DNA from: Minisyncoccota bacterium
GTDB taxonomy: Bacteria > Patescibacteriota > Minisyncoccia > Phycocordibacterales > UBA9973
Assembly: GCA_942491275.1 (NCBI GenBank)
Contig: CALNZI010000008.1
Location: 1 to 62,863 of the forward strand
Direction of reading: 5' to 3'
DNA: 62,863 bases
In this document: positions 61,936 through 62,863 of the stretch, piece by piece
Layout: each line of letters opens with the position of its first letter
How positions within the stretch are numbered: the stretch's first letter is position 1
Notes under the pieces: model-generated
What the model was told of the DNA's origin: nothing
The model's input: the letters and a program-made list of their open reading frames with translations, nothing else
The model's database searches: none
Program-made: the position numbers and the translations under genes

Positions 61936-62862
61936 TTATACTAATAGGTAATCAATTGTTTTTTTATTTATATCTACCTTAGAAACCTTAAAACGAACTT
62001 TACTTCCCAGTGCATATTTTTTACGAGTTTTTTGACCTACTAAACGCATTTGTTTTTTATCAAAAGTGTAATAGTCATTACCTAGATCACGCATTCTTAT
62101 CATTCCTTCACATTTTGTTTCTTCTTCTTCCACATATAGGCCCCATTCTGTAACTCCTGTGATAACGCCGTTAAATTGGTCACCAATTCGAGAAGACATA
62201 TATTCAACCTGTTTGTATTTAATGGAAGCTCTTTCTGCCTCGGCCGCTTCTTTTTCTCTTTGTGAAGTCTCTAAACTAATTTCTTGGTATTTTTTTAATT
62301 TATCGCTGGAGATTGTTTTACCGTTAATATTCATTTCTAGAATTCGATGAACAATAATATCAGGATACCTTCTAATGGGGGAAGTAAAATGAGTGTAGTA
62401 TTTAAAAGCTAATCCATAGTGGCCAATATTTTTTACGGAATAGATTGCTTTAGCCATGGTTCTAATTATAGCTGTATGAACCATATCTCGAATGGGACTA
62501 CCTTCTAATTTATGAATCAAAAGGTTTATTTCTTCAGAAGGAATGACTCCATTTCGTAGACTTAGTTTGTAGCCTAATTTTCTTAAGAAAAAAGCTAAAT
62601 CCTGCATTTTTTCTTTATTTGGTAAATCATGGATTCTGTACAGGAAGATATTATCCGTCTTACCTTTCTTTTTAGCAGACATTTTTTCAGCTATTCTTCT
62701 GTTGGCTAAAAGCATTAATTCCTCGATCATTTTATGGGAATCTCCTCGAGTTTTTAAATAAACTTTCACGGGAACACCGTTTTGGTCTAATTCAAATTTA
62801 ACTTCATCTTGTTCGAGAGAGATAGCCCCATTGGCAAATCTTTGTTTTTTTAATTTTTTTGC
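61936..62862 (-). CDS. rnr: Ribonuclease R (RNB plus S1), 5'-truncated by the window
   Basis: IEELMLLAN, YRIH..P, GHYGLA...YTHFTSPIRRYPD and S1 domain; the frame stays open to the window edge (AKKLKKQRFANGAISL...). Confidence 0.95.
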   Translation of the reverse strand, partial: AKKLKKQRFANGAISLEQDEVKFELDQNGVPVKVYLKTRGDSHKMIEELMLLANRRIAEKMSAKKKGKTDNIFLYRIHDLPNKEKMQDLAFFLRKLGYKLSLRNGVIPSEEINLLIHKLEGSPIRDMVHTAIIRTMAKAIYSVKNIGHYGLAFKYYTHFTSPIRRYPDIIVHRILEMNINGKTISSDKLKKYQEISLETSQREKEAAEAERASIKYKQVEYMSSRIGDQFNGVITGVTEWGLYVEEEETKCEGMIRMRDLGNDYYTFDKKQMRLVGQKTRKKYALGSKVRFKVSKVDINKKTIDYLLV

Positions 62863-62863
62863 A

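Overview
AT-rich bacterial chromosome segment, inferred to come from a Patescibacteria/CPR (Parcubacteria-like) genome. The inference rests on the short PheS/PheT, the short SMC, an unlinked 23S-5S locus, rplK not followed by rplA, and Parcubacteria-type hypothetical proteins. The backbone is housekeeping: rpsL-rpsG-fusA, a MacAB-like ABC system, secE-nusG-rplK, efp, recA, ftsK, rplJ-rplL, 23S (with a group I intron)-5S, rodA, folD, secDF, lemA-htpX, tRNA-Ser, murI, pheST, gyrB, thrS, rpmF-nusB-rnc-smc and rnr. Accessory parts are a phage-tail-fibre-like gene pair at the left edge, an S-layer-like gene, a RAYT transposase with four REP palindromes (two bracket a two-gene surface/lipase cassette), and a mosaic Cys-rich gene after the tRNA. 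The strongest unexplained signal is a dispersed ~100-115 bp structured repeat with six copies. All six lie in the same chromosomal orientation, contain two hairpins with invariant loops (TGCT, CGTC) and covarying stems, and sit inside locus-specific inverted repeats; one is read in frame inside pheT. Also notable are a very short T-box riboswitch before thrS with a terminal-loop ACC specifier, and many promoters exactly 6 nt from the ATG, suggesting leaderless mRNAs. All calls are by eye; no database search or folding was run.
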